Shown here piece by piece: positions 1 to 8,476 of a stretch of DNA of 29,391 nt (its first letter is position 1; every line of letters starts with the position of its first letter). Source of the stretch: Candidatus Bathyarchaeota archaeon (lineage in GTDB: Archaea; Thermoproteota; Bathyarchaeia; TCS64); contig JBDRQD010000058.1 in the NCBI GenBank assembly GCA_043826455.1, positions 1-29,391 on the forward strand. Direction: 5' to 3'. The notes beneath the pieces were generated by a model, which saw only the letters and a program-made list of their open reading frames with translations, was not told where the DNA came from and made no database searches. A program made the translations under genes and the position numbers.

Positions 1-69
1 CTGTGGTCACAATTTGTGAGTATGCCACGTGTTTTACCTTTAAAAACCCCCAGACATGTGTAAGCTCAA

Positions 70-1392
70 GTGAATGATTTGGGCGAAGTCTACGTGAACA
101 GGAGAACCATGAAGCTCGACACGGTCAAGGGCGACCTGGTGGTGGACGACGGCGCCGTTGAGGCCTCAGGCCCGGAAGGCATCAAGGTGGAGGGCAGAGT
201 CCACTGCAGGGGCTACTGCGAGTTCCTGGGAGACCTGGAGGCCCTTGAAATCGTGTCTGCTTCAGGCGACGTCAATGTGAGAGGAAGCCTCAGAGCCGGC
301 TTCGTGGATGTGAAGAGGGGCAGCCTGGAGGTCGGCGGAGACATCGAGGCCAAGACTCTGCGCGTCTCAAGGAAACTCGTGGCGTCAGGCAACGTCAGCT
401 CCGAAAATGTTAACATCGGGGGCTCCCTGGAGGCCCACAAGGACGTCAAGTCCAACAGGGTACACGTGGGCGGAAGCCTCAGGGTCCGCAACAACGCCGA
501 GATAGACTACATTGACGTGGGGGGCTCCGCCACGGTAGAGGGCTCCAGCAAGTCCAAGACCGTCAAGGTCGGCGGGACCTTCAAGGGTGTGGGCCCCGTG
601 GAGGCCGAGGATGTGGACGTGGGAGGCACCTTCAAGGCCGAGGACACGGTGAGCATACAAAGCATAGACGTGGGCGGGACGGTGGTACTCTCCGGCGGCG
701 TCGTTGAGAGAACCATTGATGTGGGGGGTACTCTCAAGTCCAGCGAGCCCCTGGAGTTCGGGGAGATCGACGTGGGTGGGATGGTCAAACTGGCGGGCGG
801 GAAGGGGCGGGACATCCAGGTCGGCGGCTCCCTGAAGAGCGACGGGGACCTCACCTTCGACCGAATCCAGGTGGGGGGGACAGTTAAGATCGATGGAGAC
901 GGCAGAGGACAGGAGATTGAGGTGGGGGGCACCTTGAAGGTGGACGGCGGCCTCACCCTGGAGGAGCGCCTGAAGGTGGGGGGTAAGGTGTCTGTCGGCG
1001 GAGATATTGAGGCTGGGGAGGTCAGGGTCGGAGGCAAGATCGAGGCGTACACCCTGAGGGCGAGGAAGTACATTGAGACCACCGTCCTGAGAACCAGGCG
1101 CGGGGCGAAAGCGGTCCGGATCGAGATCGCTAAACGCGGCGAAGTGGAGGGTCCCCTCGTGGGAGAAGTCATCATCATCAATGACAGGGCCCGGGTGGAG
1201 GACGTGTACGGCGACGACGTGCAGCTGCGGAGCGGATGCAGAGCCCGGAGCGTCTATGGCAGAAAAGTGCGCATAGAGAACGGATGCGATGTGGACGAGA
1301 TCATCTACACCGAGTCCCTGCGCTCGGACCCCTCCGTGAGGCTCAGGTCTGCTCCACAAAAGACTGAAAAACTGCCCGAACCACCTCTCTGA
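70..1392 (+). CDS. Polymer-forming cytoskeletal (bactofilin-like, YhbE/YhbF-type) beta-helix protein
   Basis: About 15 tandem ~17-aa units with a 'hxVGGx' core (IDVGGS, VKVGGT, IQVGGT...). The C-terminal 'VYGDDVQL..GC....VYGRKVRIENGCDVDEIIY' resembles the Bacillus YhbE/F C-terminus. Start (GTG 70) is uncertain. Confidence 0.75.
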   Translation: MNDLGEVYVNRRTMKLDTVKGDLVVDDGAVEASGPEGIKVEGRVHCRGYCEFLGDLEALEIVSASGDVNVRGSLRAGFVDVKRGSLEVGGDIEAKTLRVSRKLVASGNVSSENVNIGGSLEAHKDVKSNRVHVGGSLRVRNNAEIDYIDVGGSATVEGSSKSKTVKVGGTFKGVGPVEAEDVDVGGTFKAEDTVSIQSIDVGGTVVLSGGVVERTIDVGGTLKSSEPLEFGEIDVGGMVKLAGGKGRDIQVGGSLKSDGDLTFDRIQVGGTVKIDGDGRGQEIEVGGTLKVDGGLTLEERLKVGGKVSVGGDIEAGEVRVGGKIEAYTLRARKYIETTVLRTRRGAKAVRIEIAKRGEVEGPLVGEVIIINDRARVEDVYGDDVQLRSGCRARSVYGRKVRIENGCDVDEIIYTESLRSDPSVRLRSAPQKTEKLPEPPL

Positions 1393-1402
1393 GGGCTGCG
1401 TC

Positions 1403-1669
1403 ATGGAGAGAAGGACCCGCTACGACATCTACCAGGACATCTTGGAGACTGTCAGGAGACGCGGCGCCACCGGGATTACCAGGATCAGCTACGGGGCCAA
1501 CCTGCCCGTGGACAGGGCCAAGGAGGCCGTGGAGTACCTGGTCCACCGGAAGCTTCTGGAAGAGGACGAGTACGGCGGCAACACCATGTACGTGATAACG
1601 GGCCGCGGAGGCCAGTTCCTCAACGCCTTGAAGACCGTGAAAAAGTATCTTGAGGATGAGGAGGACTAG
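1403..1669 (+). CDS. Archaeal winged helix-turn-helix protein (HTH_45/ArnR-like)
   Basis: RRTRYDIYQDILE...TRISYGANL...YL...LL...YVITGRG.QFL is the typical archaeal HTH_45 pattern. Lies 10 nt after the bactofilin-like gene. Confidence 0.85.
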   Translation: MERRTRYDIYQDILETVRRRGATGITRISYGANLPVDRAKEAVEYLVHRKLLEEDEYGGNTMYVITGRGGQFLNALKTVKKYLEDEED

Positions 1670-1670
1670 G

Positions 1671-3482
1671 CTACCGGACGCCTCCTCCTCCGCCTCCGAA
1701 CCCGCCTCCCCCTCCGAACCCGCCTCCGCCGCCTCCGCCTCCCCTGCCGCCTCCGCCTCCCCTGCTGGGGATGGCGGCTGTAGTTATTGGGCGGAACATG
1801 TAGAACATTACAGGCGCGAATGCGGCGGGCACGTAGGGTATCTTCAGGTCCTGCATGGCCTCGGCCACCTTCTTGCCGACGCCCAGGCTCGTTCCGTAGA
1901 TGAGCCAAATACCCCACATGTGGAGGTCCTCGGTGCCGTAGCGCTGGAGCTGGCTGAAGTCGCTCAGGTGACTCCTGAAGGCGTCCCACTCCAGCTTCTC
2001 CTTGTAGGCGTCCTCCTTCCACCGGCCGAAGAGGGTGCTAGGGAAGACCAAGGCTATGATGGACTGTGTGAAGGGGATTACGGCGAGGCCCATGGCCGCG
2101 AATAGGAAGCTGTGGACGTTGGGGTTACCTATGAGCATGACGACGGGCACGAAGAATAGGAGGACGGATAGGACCACCATGGGCAGTATCCTCGGCCTGC
2201 CATTATAGGTGAAGGCGTCCGAGAGGCTCTTGTCGGCCCCTGACGTGATGTCGTTGTAATCTCTCTGCAGCCTCGCCACCTTGAGGGCGATGGCGTCGTC
2301 CTTACCGACCGCCTTCGCCAGGCCCCTCATGTGCTCCGTGTTCACTTTGTTGTTTACGGAGAGGCTTCTGAGGAAGCCCATCACCTTTTTCTCGTACTTG
2401 TCTAGGCCGCCGTCATCCAGAAGGTCGATGACCAGGTCCTCCTCGCCTGTCATGGTGATACTGATCTTCTTTCTCTCGTGGAGGTCAAGGAGTGTGGCGT
2501 ATAGGCCATCATCGTCGAAGTCTCTGGCGTCGTTCTTGAATATGAGGTTCACCAGCCAGGGTTTTCTGTCGGGGTTAGGTGGGGTGCTCAGGTAGGTGGG
2601 CACGGTGAAGTCCTTCTCTTCCCCGAACCGTTTGTATAGCACGTAGAATAGGGCGGGGAACGCGAAGCCGGCAAGCCTGTTGATCCACATGACGGCGGAG
2701 GCCGCGTAGTACTGGAGGCTGTACCCCATGTTGGCGTTCTCCGTCTTGGCCCTCACGTCGGCCACGTAGCTCTCGAAGCCCTGGAACGTGTTGGTGCCCT
2801 TCATGAGTATCTCCACCTCCAGGAGCTCGTTCTCGGCCGCCGCCCCCTCCAGGACCACTCTGTCCGCGTAGTCAGTCCTTTTGAGGGTGGGTGGGTGCGG
2901 GTACAGCTTCTCTACATACCCCGGCTCCATGAGCACGATCTTGACGGACTTGTAGGGCAGGTGCTCGCTGGCCAGCTTCAGGTTGAGGTGCCAGTCATTG
3001 AGGTCCTGCTCGATAGGTGGGTGCACACTGTAAACATATGTTACGGTGTATGTCCCGGGGCTGTAGTAGTTTGGGTTGAAGGCCCCAGCCTCGTTGTCAT
3101 ACGCCAGCGAATCAATTGTGTAGATTTCTGAGCCACCGGAAGGTGCCCCGTTCAACATGTGCACGATGCCCCTGTTATCCTTCAAGTAAGCCGATGTGCC
3201 CGGAGGGTTCTTGACAGTGATCAACCTGACGTGAGCGCTGTTAATGCTAGACATTACCAGCGGGGCATCCCAGTTCCTGTACAGGAAACGCTTGCCCCCA
3301 ACGTTGAGGGTATAGGTGAAGTCCTCAGCCAGGGTGCCGTTGGGGTACAGGGTGGCCACGTACTCCTTCACGTAGGCCTCCTCTGTGAAGACCCCTGAGA
3401 GTATCTGGGGCAGCACGAGGCCCAGGACGGCTAGGCCCAGCGCCAGCGCGAGGAACCTGGTCAGCTGCTGTGTCTCAGCCAT
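1671..3482 (-). CDS. DUF2207 family membrane protein with Gly-rich C-tail
   Basis: N-terminal TM/signal, extracellular domain, 'ATLLDL..RKKI', TM pair, 'W.AFR.HL.DFS....W..WLIYG.SLGV', tail GGGGFGGGGGGVR. Overlaps the end of lemA. Confidence 0.85.
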   Translation of the reverse strand: MAETQQLTRFLALALGLAVLGLVLPQILSGVFTEEAYVKEYVATLYPNGTLAEDFTYTLNVGGKRFLYRNWDAPLVMSSINSAHVRLITVKNPPGTSAYLKDNRGIVHMLNGAPSGGSEIYTIDSLAYDNEAGAFNPNYYSPGTYTVTYVYSVHPPIEQDLNDWHLNLKLASEHLPYKSVKIVLMEPGYVEKLYPHPPTLKRTDYADRVVLEGAAAENELLEVEILMKGTNTFQGFESYVADVRAKTENANMGYSLQYYAASAVMWINRLAGFAFPALFYVLYKRFGEEKDFTVPTYLSTPPNPDRKPWLVNLIFKNDARDFDDDGLYATLLDLHERKKISITMTGEEDLVIDLLDDGGLDKYEKKVMGFLRSLSVNNKVNTEHMRGLAKAVGKDDAIALKVARLQRDYNDITSGADKSLSDAFTYNGRPRILPMVVLSVLLFFVPVVMLIGNPNVHSFLFAAMGLAVIPFTQSIIALVFPSTLFGRWKEDAYKEKLEWDAFRSHLSDFSQLQRYGTEDLHMWGIWLIYGTSLGVGKKVAEAMQDLKIPYVPAAFAPVMFYMFRPITTAAIPSRGGGGGRGGGGGGGGFGGGGGFGGGGGGVR

Positions 3483-4047
3483 CTGGGTTCACCGAGACGT
3501 CCGGCGGCTTCTGTATGGCCTCCTCGAACTCCAGGTAGCCCAGCTTGGCTGCCTTCATGGCTCCAGCTATCAGGTTGCTGGGGAAGACATCGATCATGGT
3601 GTTGAATTCCTGCACCACGTTGTTGTATGTGTACCTGTGGCGGGCGATCTCGTCCTCCACGTTCACGATGGCCTCCATGAGCTTGGCCACGTTCTCGCTT
3701 GCCTTCAGGTCAGGGTACGCCTCGGCCACGGCCAGCAAGTTGTTCACTATCTCCCGGCTCTTCCTATCGATGTCGTTGAGGCCGCTGGCCCCCGCGTCTC
3801 CGACGCCGGCCCTGAGCCTGGCTATGCTCTCGAATATCTCCCGTTCGTGCTTCACGTAGCCCTTGACGGCGCCCAGGAGCTGCTCCACCATGTCCAGCCG
3901 CTTCTTCAGGGCCACCTTGATCTGCCCCATGTTGGCGTCGGCCGCGTTCCTGTACTTCACCAGCCTATTGTAGATGTTTACGAGTTCCCACAGGAGGGCT
4001 AACACGACGCCTATCAGAACGTAGTATATTGCCTGCATACTACTCAC
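3475..4047 (-). CDS. lemA: LemA family protein
   Basis: N-terminal TM, YNRLV...I.V.LKKR.D, AVAEAYPDLKASEN, YNNVV.EFN..I..FPSNLIA. Confidence 0.95.
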   Translation of the reverse strand: MSSMQAIYYVLIGVVLALLWELVNIYNRLVKYRNAADANMGQIKVALKKRLDMVEQLLGAVKGYVKHEREIFESIARLRAGVGDAGASGLNDIDRKSREIVNNLLAVAEAYPDLKASENVAKLMEAIVNVEDEIARHRYTYNNVVQEFNTMIDVFPSNLIAGAMKAAKLGYLEFEEAIQKPPDVSVNPDG

Positions 4048-4131
4048 TGACTCCTATCCCGCACGTAGGGATTTAAACCCACAGGGCGCAGGTTCTAAAT
4101 CGTCGCACGTCAAGTATCCTCCGGTGCTGAT

Positions 4132-4950
4132 TTGACTGATTACAGTAACCTGACGTGGGCCGAGGTAGAGGATCGGCTGCAGAAGGACAAGTTCGTAGTG
4201 TTCCCCACGGGCAGCGTGGAGCAGCACGGCCACCACGTTGGCGTGGGCGCCGACTGGCTCCAGGCTAACGAGATAGCCCGTAGGGTGGGCCAGAAGTCTG
4301 GGGCCCTGGTACTACCGACGCTGTGCTACGGTGTCTCGGGCCACCACAAGGAGTTCCCCGGAGTGCTCACCATGAGCTTCGACACCTACAAGACGGTCAT
4401 CCTAGAGATCCTTGAGAGTCTTCACAGGAACGGCGTCCAGAAGGTTCTCTTCGTGAACGGCCACGGGGGCAACGCGGGGGCCATCACGGAGGCGGCCAAG
4501 GAGGCCAGGGACAGGTACGGAATGCTCTGCGCTGTGAGCCACTGGTGGGAGGTGCTGGCCTCCGAGAAGATATTCGGGCACCCCGCGGAGCAGCACGCCG
4601 GGTACGCCGAGACGGCCCTCACCCTGGCGTCCAGGCCGGAGGCTGTGAGGATGGGTAAGGCTGTGGTGACCGAGACCAGGCAGGTGGACGAGGAGATACA
4701 GATCATGAGGGCGGGGCTGGCCAGGTTCAGGGGCGGCGTCATCAGGATACCGCTGAGGGTCATCGACGTGACCGACACGGGCAGCATGACGGAAACCCAC
4801 CCGGATGAGGCTCAGACGACGAGGGACTACTCCATGATAACGCCTGTTTTCGCCGAGGAGCTCATGGGCCGGGTGGTTGACTGGCTCTGCGAGTTCATCC
4901 CCAGGTTCAAGGCCCTGGACATGGGGTCGCCTGAGAGAACCTACCCCTAG
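4132..4950 (+). CDS. Creatininase / creatinine amidohydrolase family protein
   Basis: Metal motifs PTGSVEQHGHH..GAD, YGVS..H..FPG, NGHGGN, HAG..ET. Confidence 0.9.
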   Translation: MTDYSNLTWAEVEDRLQKDKFVVFPTGSVEQHGHHVGVGADWLQANEIARRVGQKSGALVLPTLCYGVSGHHKEFPGVLTMSFDTYKTVILEILESLHRNGVQKVLFVNGHGGNAGAITEAAKEARDRYGMLCAVSHWWEVLASEKIFGHPAEQHAGYAETALTLASRPEAVRMGKAVVTETRQVDEEIQIMRAGLARFRGGVIRIPLRVIDVTDTGSMTETHPDEAQTTRDYSMITPVFAEELMGRVVDWLCEFIPRFKALDMGSPERTYP

Positions 4951-5858
4951 CCGGGGCTCAGGTTCACCTCAACCCAGTCCCCAACATCCACCTTTAGGCC
5001 TCTCCTGACTCGGGGTATGGCCTTAACCAGAGGCTTAGGGACCGGCGTCAGGTAGAGGGAGAGGCCCAGCAACTGCGTGTTTTCCAGTGTGAAGCTGAAG
5101 CCGCCGCACGGGCCCACACACGAGCCAGTGTGTAGTGAGTCAGCCTCACCTATCTTGACCCCCATAAGTTTGATCTCTCCCTGCTTAGGCTCATCCAGGT
5201 GGAGGCCCACCCATCCGTAGTAGGGTATGCCTCCGTCCAGGACCCCCGCGACGCCGTCCACCTCCCCCACCAAGCCGTTAGACGCCCCCTCAAGCCTGAT
5301 CATGGTGTACTCAGGCTGAGTCGCCTCGACGATTCCCCCGATCTTAGGCTGGGGTTCCGCGGTCAAAGGCTGGACCCGTGCCACCTCGAACCCTCCGCGG
5401 GCCCTCAGAGAGTCGTGGGGGCTCCTCACCTCCACGTGGACGTGGGCTGACGTGTTCCAGCCATAGTAGCCTGATCTGAGCAGTGTGCCCAGCTCCTCGC
5501 CCAGTCGGATTCTGCTGCCCACCTCGAGGAAGGTGTCCACGTGGAGTATCTTCAGGGCCATACCGGGGTTCGATGACGGCTTCACCAAGGTCACCACATC
5601 GTACCCGGAGTCCTTGAAGCCCCGCCCCCTCGGCGCCCTCACCCTCCTGACCAGGGCGACCTCACCCTCCACGGGGGACGGCGCAGCCTCGCCGAAGCCC
5701 GCCCCTGAGTATATGTCTACACCCGTCTGGGCGCGGTGCATGGGGTACGGGCTGTTGAAGAAGCTGTACATGCCACCATCTGGGCAGAACAGCTGGACTC
5801 CACGGGACTCGGCCACCGGCTTCATGGCGCTCAGACATGGATTGATGGCGCCCTCCAT
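4947..5858 (-). CDS. Conserved archaeal protein with M23-peptidase-like Zn motifs
   Basis: H....GVDIY, 'APSPVEGEV', 'LH...VG..I..GE.LG....SG', HVHVEVR (HxH). No signal peptide. Confidence 0.6.
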   Translation of the reverse strand: MEGAINPCLSAMKPVAESRGVQLFCPDGGMYSFFNSPYPMHRAQTGVDIYSGAGFGEAAPSPVEGEVALVRRVRAPRGRGFKDSGYDVVTLVKPSSNPGMALKILHVDTFLEVGSRIRLGEELGTLLRSGYYGWNTSAHVHVEVRSPHDSLRARGGFEVARVQPLTAEPQPKIGGIVEATQPEYTMIRLEGASNGLVGEVDGVAGVLDGGIPYYGWVGLHLDEPKQGEIKLMGVKIGEADSLHTGSCVGPCGGFSFTLENTQLLGLSLYLTPVPKPLVKAIPRVRRGLKVDVGDWVEVNLSPG

Positions 5859-5919
5859 TGAAATTGTTTTCTCAGCTCGAATAACGGTTTTAAATGGATG
5901 AGCGCTCTATTGTGGTTGA

Positions 5920-6219
5920 GTGCTTATGGAGCCTGCCTTACGGGGGATACTTGAGAAGGTCATCGACGACGAGTTGGGGGAGGACAAGCTGTCCAGCAAC
6001 TACCGCATATTCAGTCAGTTCAAGCACAATGGCCTGATCGACAGCGTCCCCAGTGCCATGTTCGGCCGCATATACACCAGGGCCTACAACGCGTGGCTTG
6101 AGTTCAAGGCCAGCGACGACAAGCCCCTCAACAGGAACGAGGCCACCGAGTTCGGGCGAATATTCGAGGCCAGGGCCATCGAGATACGGAGCCGCATCAC
6201 CGATGTCGCCAGCCTCTGA
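5920..6219 (+). CDS. Hypothetical protein (helical, ~97-99 aa)
   Basis: Genome-typical codon usage and fills the gap between neighbours. TTTTAAAT TATA-like box about 25-30 nt upstream. Confidence 0.7.
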   Translation: MLMEPALRGILEKVIDDELGEDKLSSNYRIFSQFKHNGLIDSVPSAMFGRIYTRAYNAWLEFKASDDKPLNRNEATEFGRIFEARAIEIRSRITDVASL

Positions 6220-6238
6220 CTCGTAAAGATTTTACGAG
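6220..6238. promoter_or_regulatory. Perfect inverted repeat CTCGTAAA-gat-TTTACGAG (candidate operator or hairpin)
   Basis: 8-3-8 palindrome in the 40-bp gap upstream of the methyltransferase gene. Confidence 0.4.
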
Positions 6239-6259
6239 CATAGTCTAAATTTCTATCAA

Positions 6260-7036
6260 GTGACAGCCGTGGCCGAGATATATGTTACAGACCGGGAGTA
6301 CCCCACCTACTTCTCCACCCTGGGCGGACTGCGGGAGAAGGTGGCCGAGTCCCTGCCCTTCAGCCAGGGGAACATACTGGACGTAGCCACGGGCTCAGGG
6401 TACTTCTCGGCAGCCCTGGCCAGGATAAGGCCCAAGTCCCGGATCACGGCCATAGACATCGGTAGGTTCGACGCAGCCAAAATAGTCGTCGATAAGAGCG
6501 GGGTGGCTGACAGGGTCACCTTCGTTAACATGGACGCAACCAGGATGGATTTCCCCGCAAACCACTTCGACCACGCCATCAACTTCCTGGGCCTGGAGGA
6601 CATACACATGACGAGGGGCAGGAAGGGCGTGGAGGACACCTTCAGGGAGGTTCACAGGGTCATCAAGCCCGGGGGCACCTTCAGCTTCACGGTGATGCCC
6701 GCCGACATGGCTGAGACGCCCGCCCAGGCCCTGGAGATTGAGGTGTTCAGCTACATCTGTGACGCCACCTGGCTGAAGGAGGCCGAGTACACGAGGATCG
6801 CCGAGTCCAGGGGCCTAGTGGTCCAGTCCCGGAAGGCGTTCAAGACGGGTAAGAAGCTCACCCTGGACCAGGCCCGGACGGAGATCGAGTTCGCCGCCGA
6901 GAACGTCCCGCGCCTGTTTGGGCGGAGCGCCAGGAGCTTCGAGGACGCTTGGGGTAGGTACAGGGAGAAGATCAGGGTGAACGGCCTTGGCCACTACTCC
7001 CGAGTTGAGCTCATTGTCGCCAGGAAACCCATCTAG
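6260..7036 (+). CDS. Class I SAM-dependent methyltransferase (UbiE/Methyltransf_11-like)
   Basis: ILDVATGSG motif I, AID, MDA..MDF...HFD, RVIKPGG. Confidence 0.9.
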   Translation: MTAVAEIYVTDREYPTYFSTLGGLREKVAESLPFSQGNILDVATGSGYFSAALARIRPKSRITAIDIGRFDAAKIVVDKSGVADRVTFVNMDATRMDFPANHFDHAINFLGLEDIHMTRGRKGVEDTFREVHRVIKPGGTFSFTVMPADMAETPAQALEIEVFSYICDATWLKEAEYTRIAESRGLVVQSRKAFKTGKKLTLDQARTEIEFAAENVPRLFGRSARSFEDAWGRYREKIRVNGLGHYSRVELIVARKPI

Positions 7037-7278
7037 CCACGGGTCACCTCAGCCTCATCAAGGTGCCTGTCCAGCTCCCGTTCTCTGAACTGGGGGTCCC
7101 TGAGGAGCCTGTAATCGTAGTCCGTTCCCCGGCCCAGCAGTATGGTCATGCGGTCCATGCCGTCAGGGTTGAACCCTAGTAGAATCTTCACGGTGAGCCT
7201 CGGAAACCTCTTGATCAGGTGCCTGTACAGGGCCCGCTTGGTCTCGGGGGTGAGGTCCGGTGCCTGGGTCATCGCCAT
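7033..7278 (-). CDS. Hypothetical protein (81 aa)
   Basis: Genome-typical codon usage. Its stop overlaps the methyltransferase stop by 4 nt. Confidence 0.6.
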   Translation of the reverse strand: MAMTQAPDLTPETKRALYRHLIKRFPRLTVKILLGFNPDGMDRMTILLGRGTDYDYRLLRDPQFRERELDRHLDEAEVTRG

Positions 7279-7306
7279 GATACTGGGGCTTCTGGTTTTT
7301 ATGGGT

Positions 7307-7480
7307 TCAGCTCAGGTAGCTCAGCTTCCTGTACTGTTCCTCAAGGGACTCTGTGTTCCTCTTTCCTAGGGTGTCTATGCTGTCGTTTATGTCCTTGAGG
7401 ATTCGCCTGTTCTCCTCTATGGCCTGTATCATGAGGGTGATTATGCGTAGCAGCTTGTCGCCGTCCAGCTTAGCATTCAT
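7307..7480 (-). CDS. Small coiled-coil-like protein, 57 aa (MNAKLDGDKLLRIITLMIQAIEENRRILKDINDSIDTLGKRNTESLEEQYRKLSYLS)
   Basis: Translated by hand. ATG at 7480, TGA at 7307-7309, typical codon usage, AT-rich TATA-like sequence upstream. Confidence 0.65.
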   Translation of the reverse strand: MNAKLDGDKLLRIITLMIQAIEENRRILKDINDSIDTLGKRNTESLEEQYRKLSYLS

Positions 7481-7669
7481 TTTTGATATAGTTCTCTGAT
7501 CTATATTATCAGTCTATGCCACCATCATCTGTTTAATCATGAGTATACGGTAAGATAATTTCGGTATGTTAATGGTATACAGATGAAAAAGTTAACAAAT
7601 CCATGCAACAAGCATTCATTTTACTCAATGCATAAACCACCTATACATCTAAAAGCGTCAATAAAACAT

Positions 7670-7798
7670 CTATTCCTTCTTCTCGCTGAGGCTCTCTTCC
7701 AGCTTCTTCATCCTGGCATCTATCTCGCGATGCTTCTTGGCGAGCTTGTTCAGCCGGGCCACTACCTCCTCCAGCTTCTCCTCATCGGTCTTTGACAA
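7670..7798 (-). CDS. Small charged coiled-coil protein, 42 aa (MSKTDEEKLEEVVARLNKLAKKHREIDARMKKLEESLSEKKE)
   Basis: Translated by hand. TTG start preceded by a GGTGAG Shine-Dalgarno-like site, heptad pattern, GAG/AAG/CTG codon bias. Confidence 0.65.
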   Translation of the reverse strand: MSKTDEEKLEEVVARLNKLAKKHREIDARMKKLEESLSEKKE

Positions 7799-7920
7799 CC
7801 GCTCACCAACTATTAGTCTCTGAGCCCTGCATATATTGAGTTTATGTAATTATTTTTCATCTATGGGGCCATCAACCAGCACGTGATTCACAGAAAAAGG
7901 TAGGTTCACAAAAGGGCGCC

Positions 7921-8400
7921 TCAGACATCGTCCTTTGGCTGGGTGACGACGAACAGGCAGTGGGGGTCGTCCTTGGTGAGAATCTCCGGTATCTGTACGT
8001 CGATGTCCGGCCTGTAGGTCTGCCAGAAGGCGTGGTGGAAGTACTGGCAGTAGACCAGCCCGACGTCGTTGCAGTCCCGGCTCCTCCACAGCCGCTCGTA
8101 GGGGCAGAGGTATGTGTAGCTCACCAGCTTGTCATCTGTGAAGTGGGTGCGTTTCTTATTGGTATCAGGGTGGCCCGGCAGGTCGTAGTGCTCGAAGAGG
8201 CTGCGCAGGTTTACTGGCAGCCCCTGCTCCTGGTGGCGCACCCTCAGGCGCTCGCCCCGTGCGGCCCCGTAGGCCTTGACCGCCCTTATGAGGGCCTTCT
8301 TACCCTCCTTGCCGAAGCTGTCCACCATTTCCCTGGCGAAGACGCAGTACATGAGCGCCCACAGGTCGCCGAACTCGGCTATGTCCTTCTCTGAGACCAT
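7921..8400 (-). CDS. L-2-amino-thiazoline-4-carboxylic acid hydrolase-like family protein
   Basis: FG.EG...L.RAV..YG..RG, CPY..LW, G..YC..FHHA, L...DPHC. The ATG at 8400 avoids overlap with the divergent gene. Confidence 0.75.
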   Translation of the reverse strand: MVSEKDIAEFGDLWALMYCVFAREMVDSFGKEGKKALIRAVKAYGAARGERLRVRHQEQGLPVNLRSLFEHYDLPGHPDTNKKRTHFTDDKLVSYTYLCPYERLWRSRDCNDVGLVYCQYFHHAFWQTYRPDIDVQIPEILTKDDPHCLFVVTQPKDDV

Positions 8401-8476
8401 GCGAGTCCCCATGATATCCTTCCACCCGTTTAAAACACCTAGTATAATTGAAATAATGTGGCCGAAACACTTAGCC

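Noticed and set aside
385..1404. Long antisense ORFs here and over many other genes (e.g. 507-1181, 12636-13511, 27933-28748)
   Set aside because: Shadow ORFs from high-GC codon bias opposite well-supported genes, with no recognisable motifs.
1680..1765. GC-rich tandem repeats (CCGCCTCC/CCGAACCC)
   Set aside because: They encode the Gly-rich tail of the DUF2207 protein and are not a CRISPR array or independent repeat.
7583..7795. 70-aa plus-strand ORF
   Set aside because: Atypical composition, and antisense to the better-supported 42-aa minus-strand ORF.
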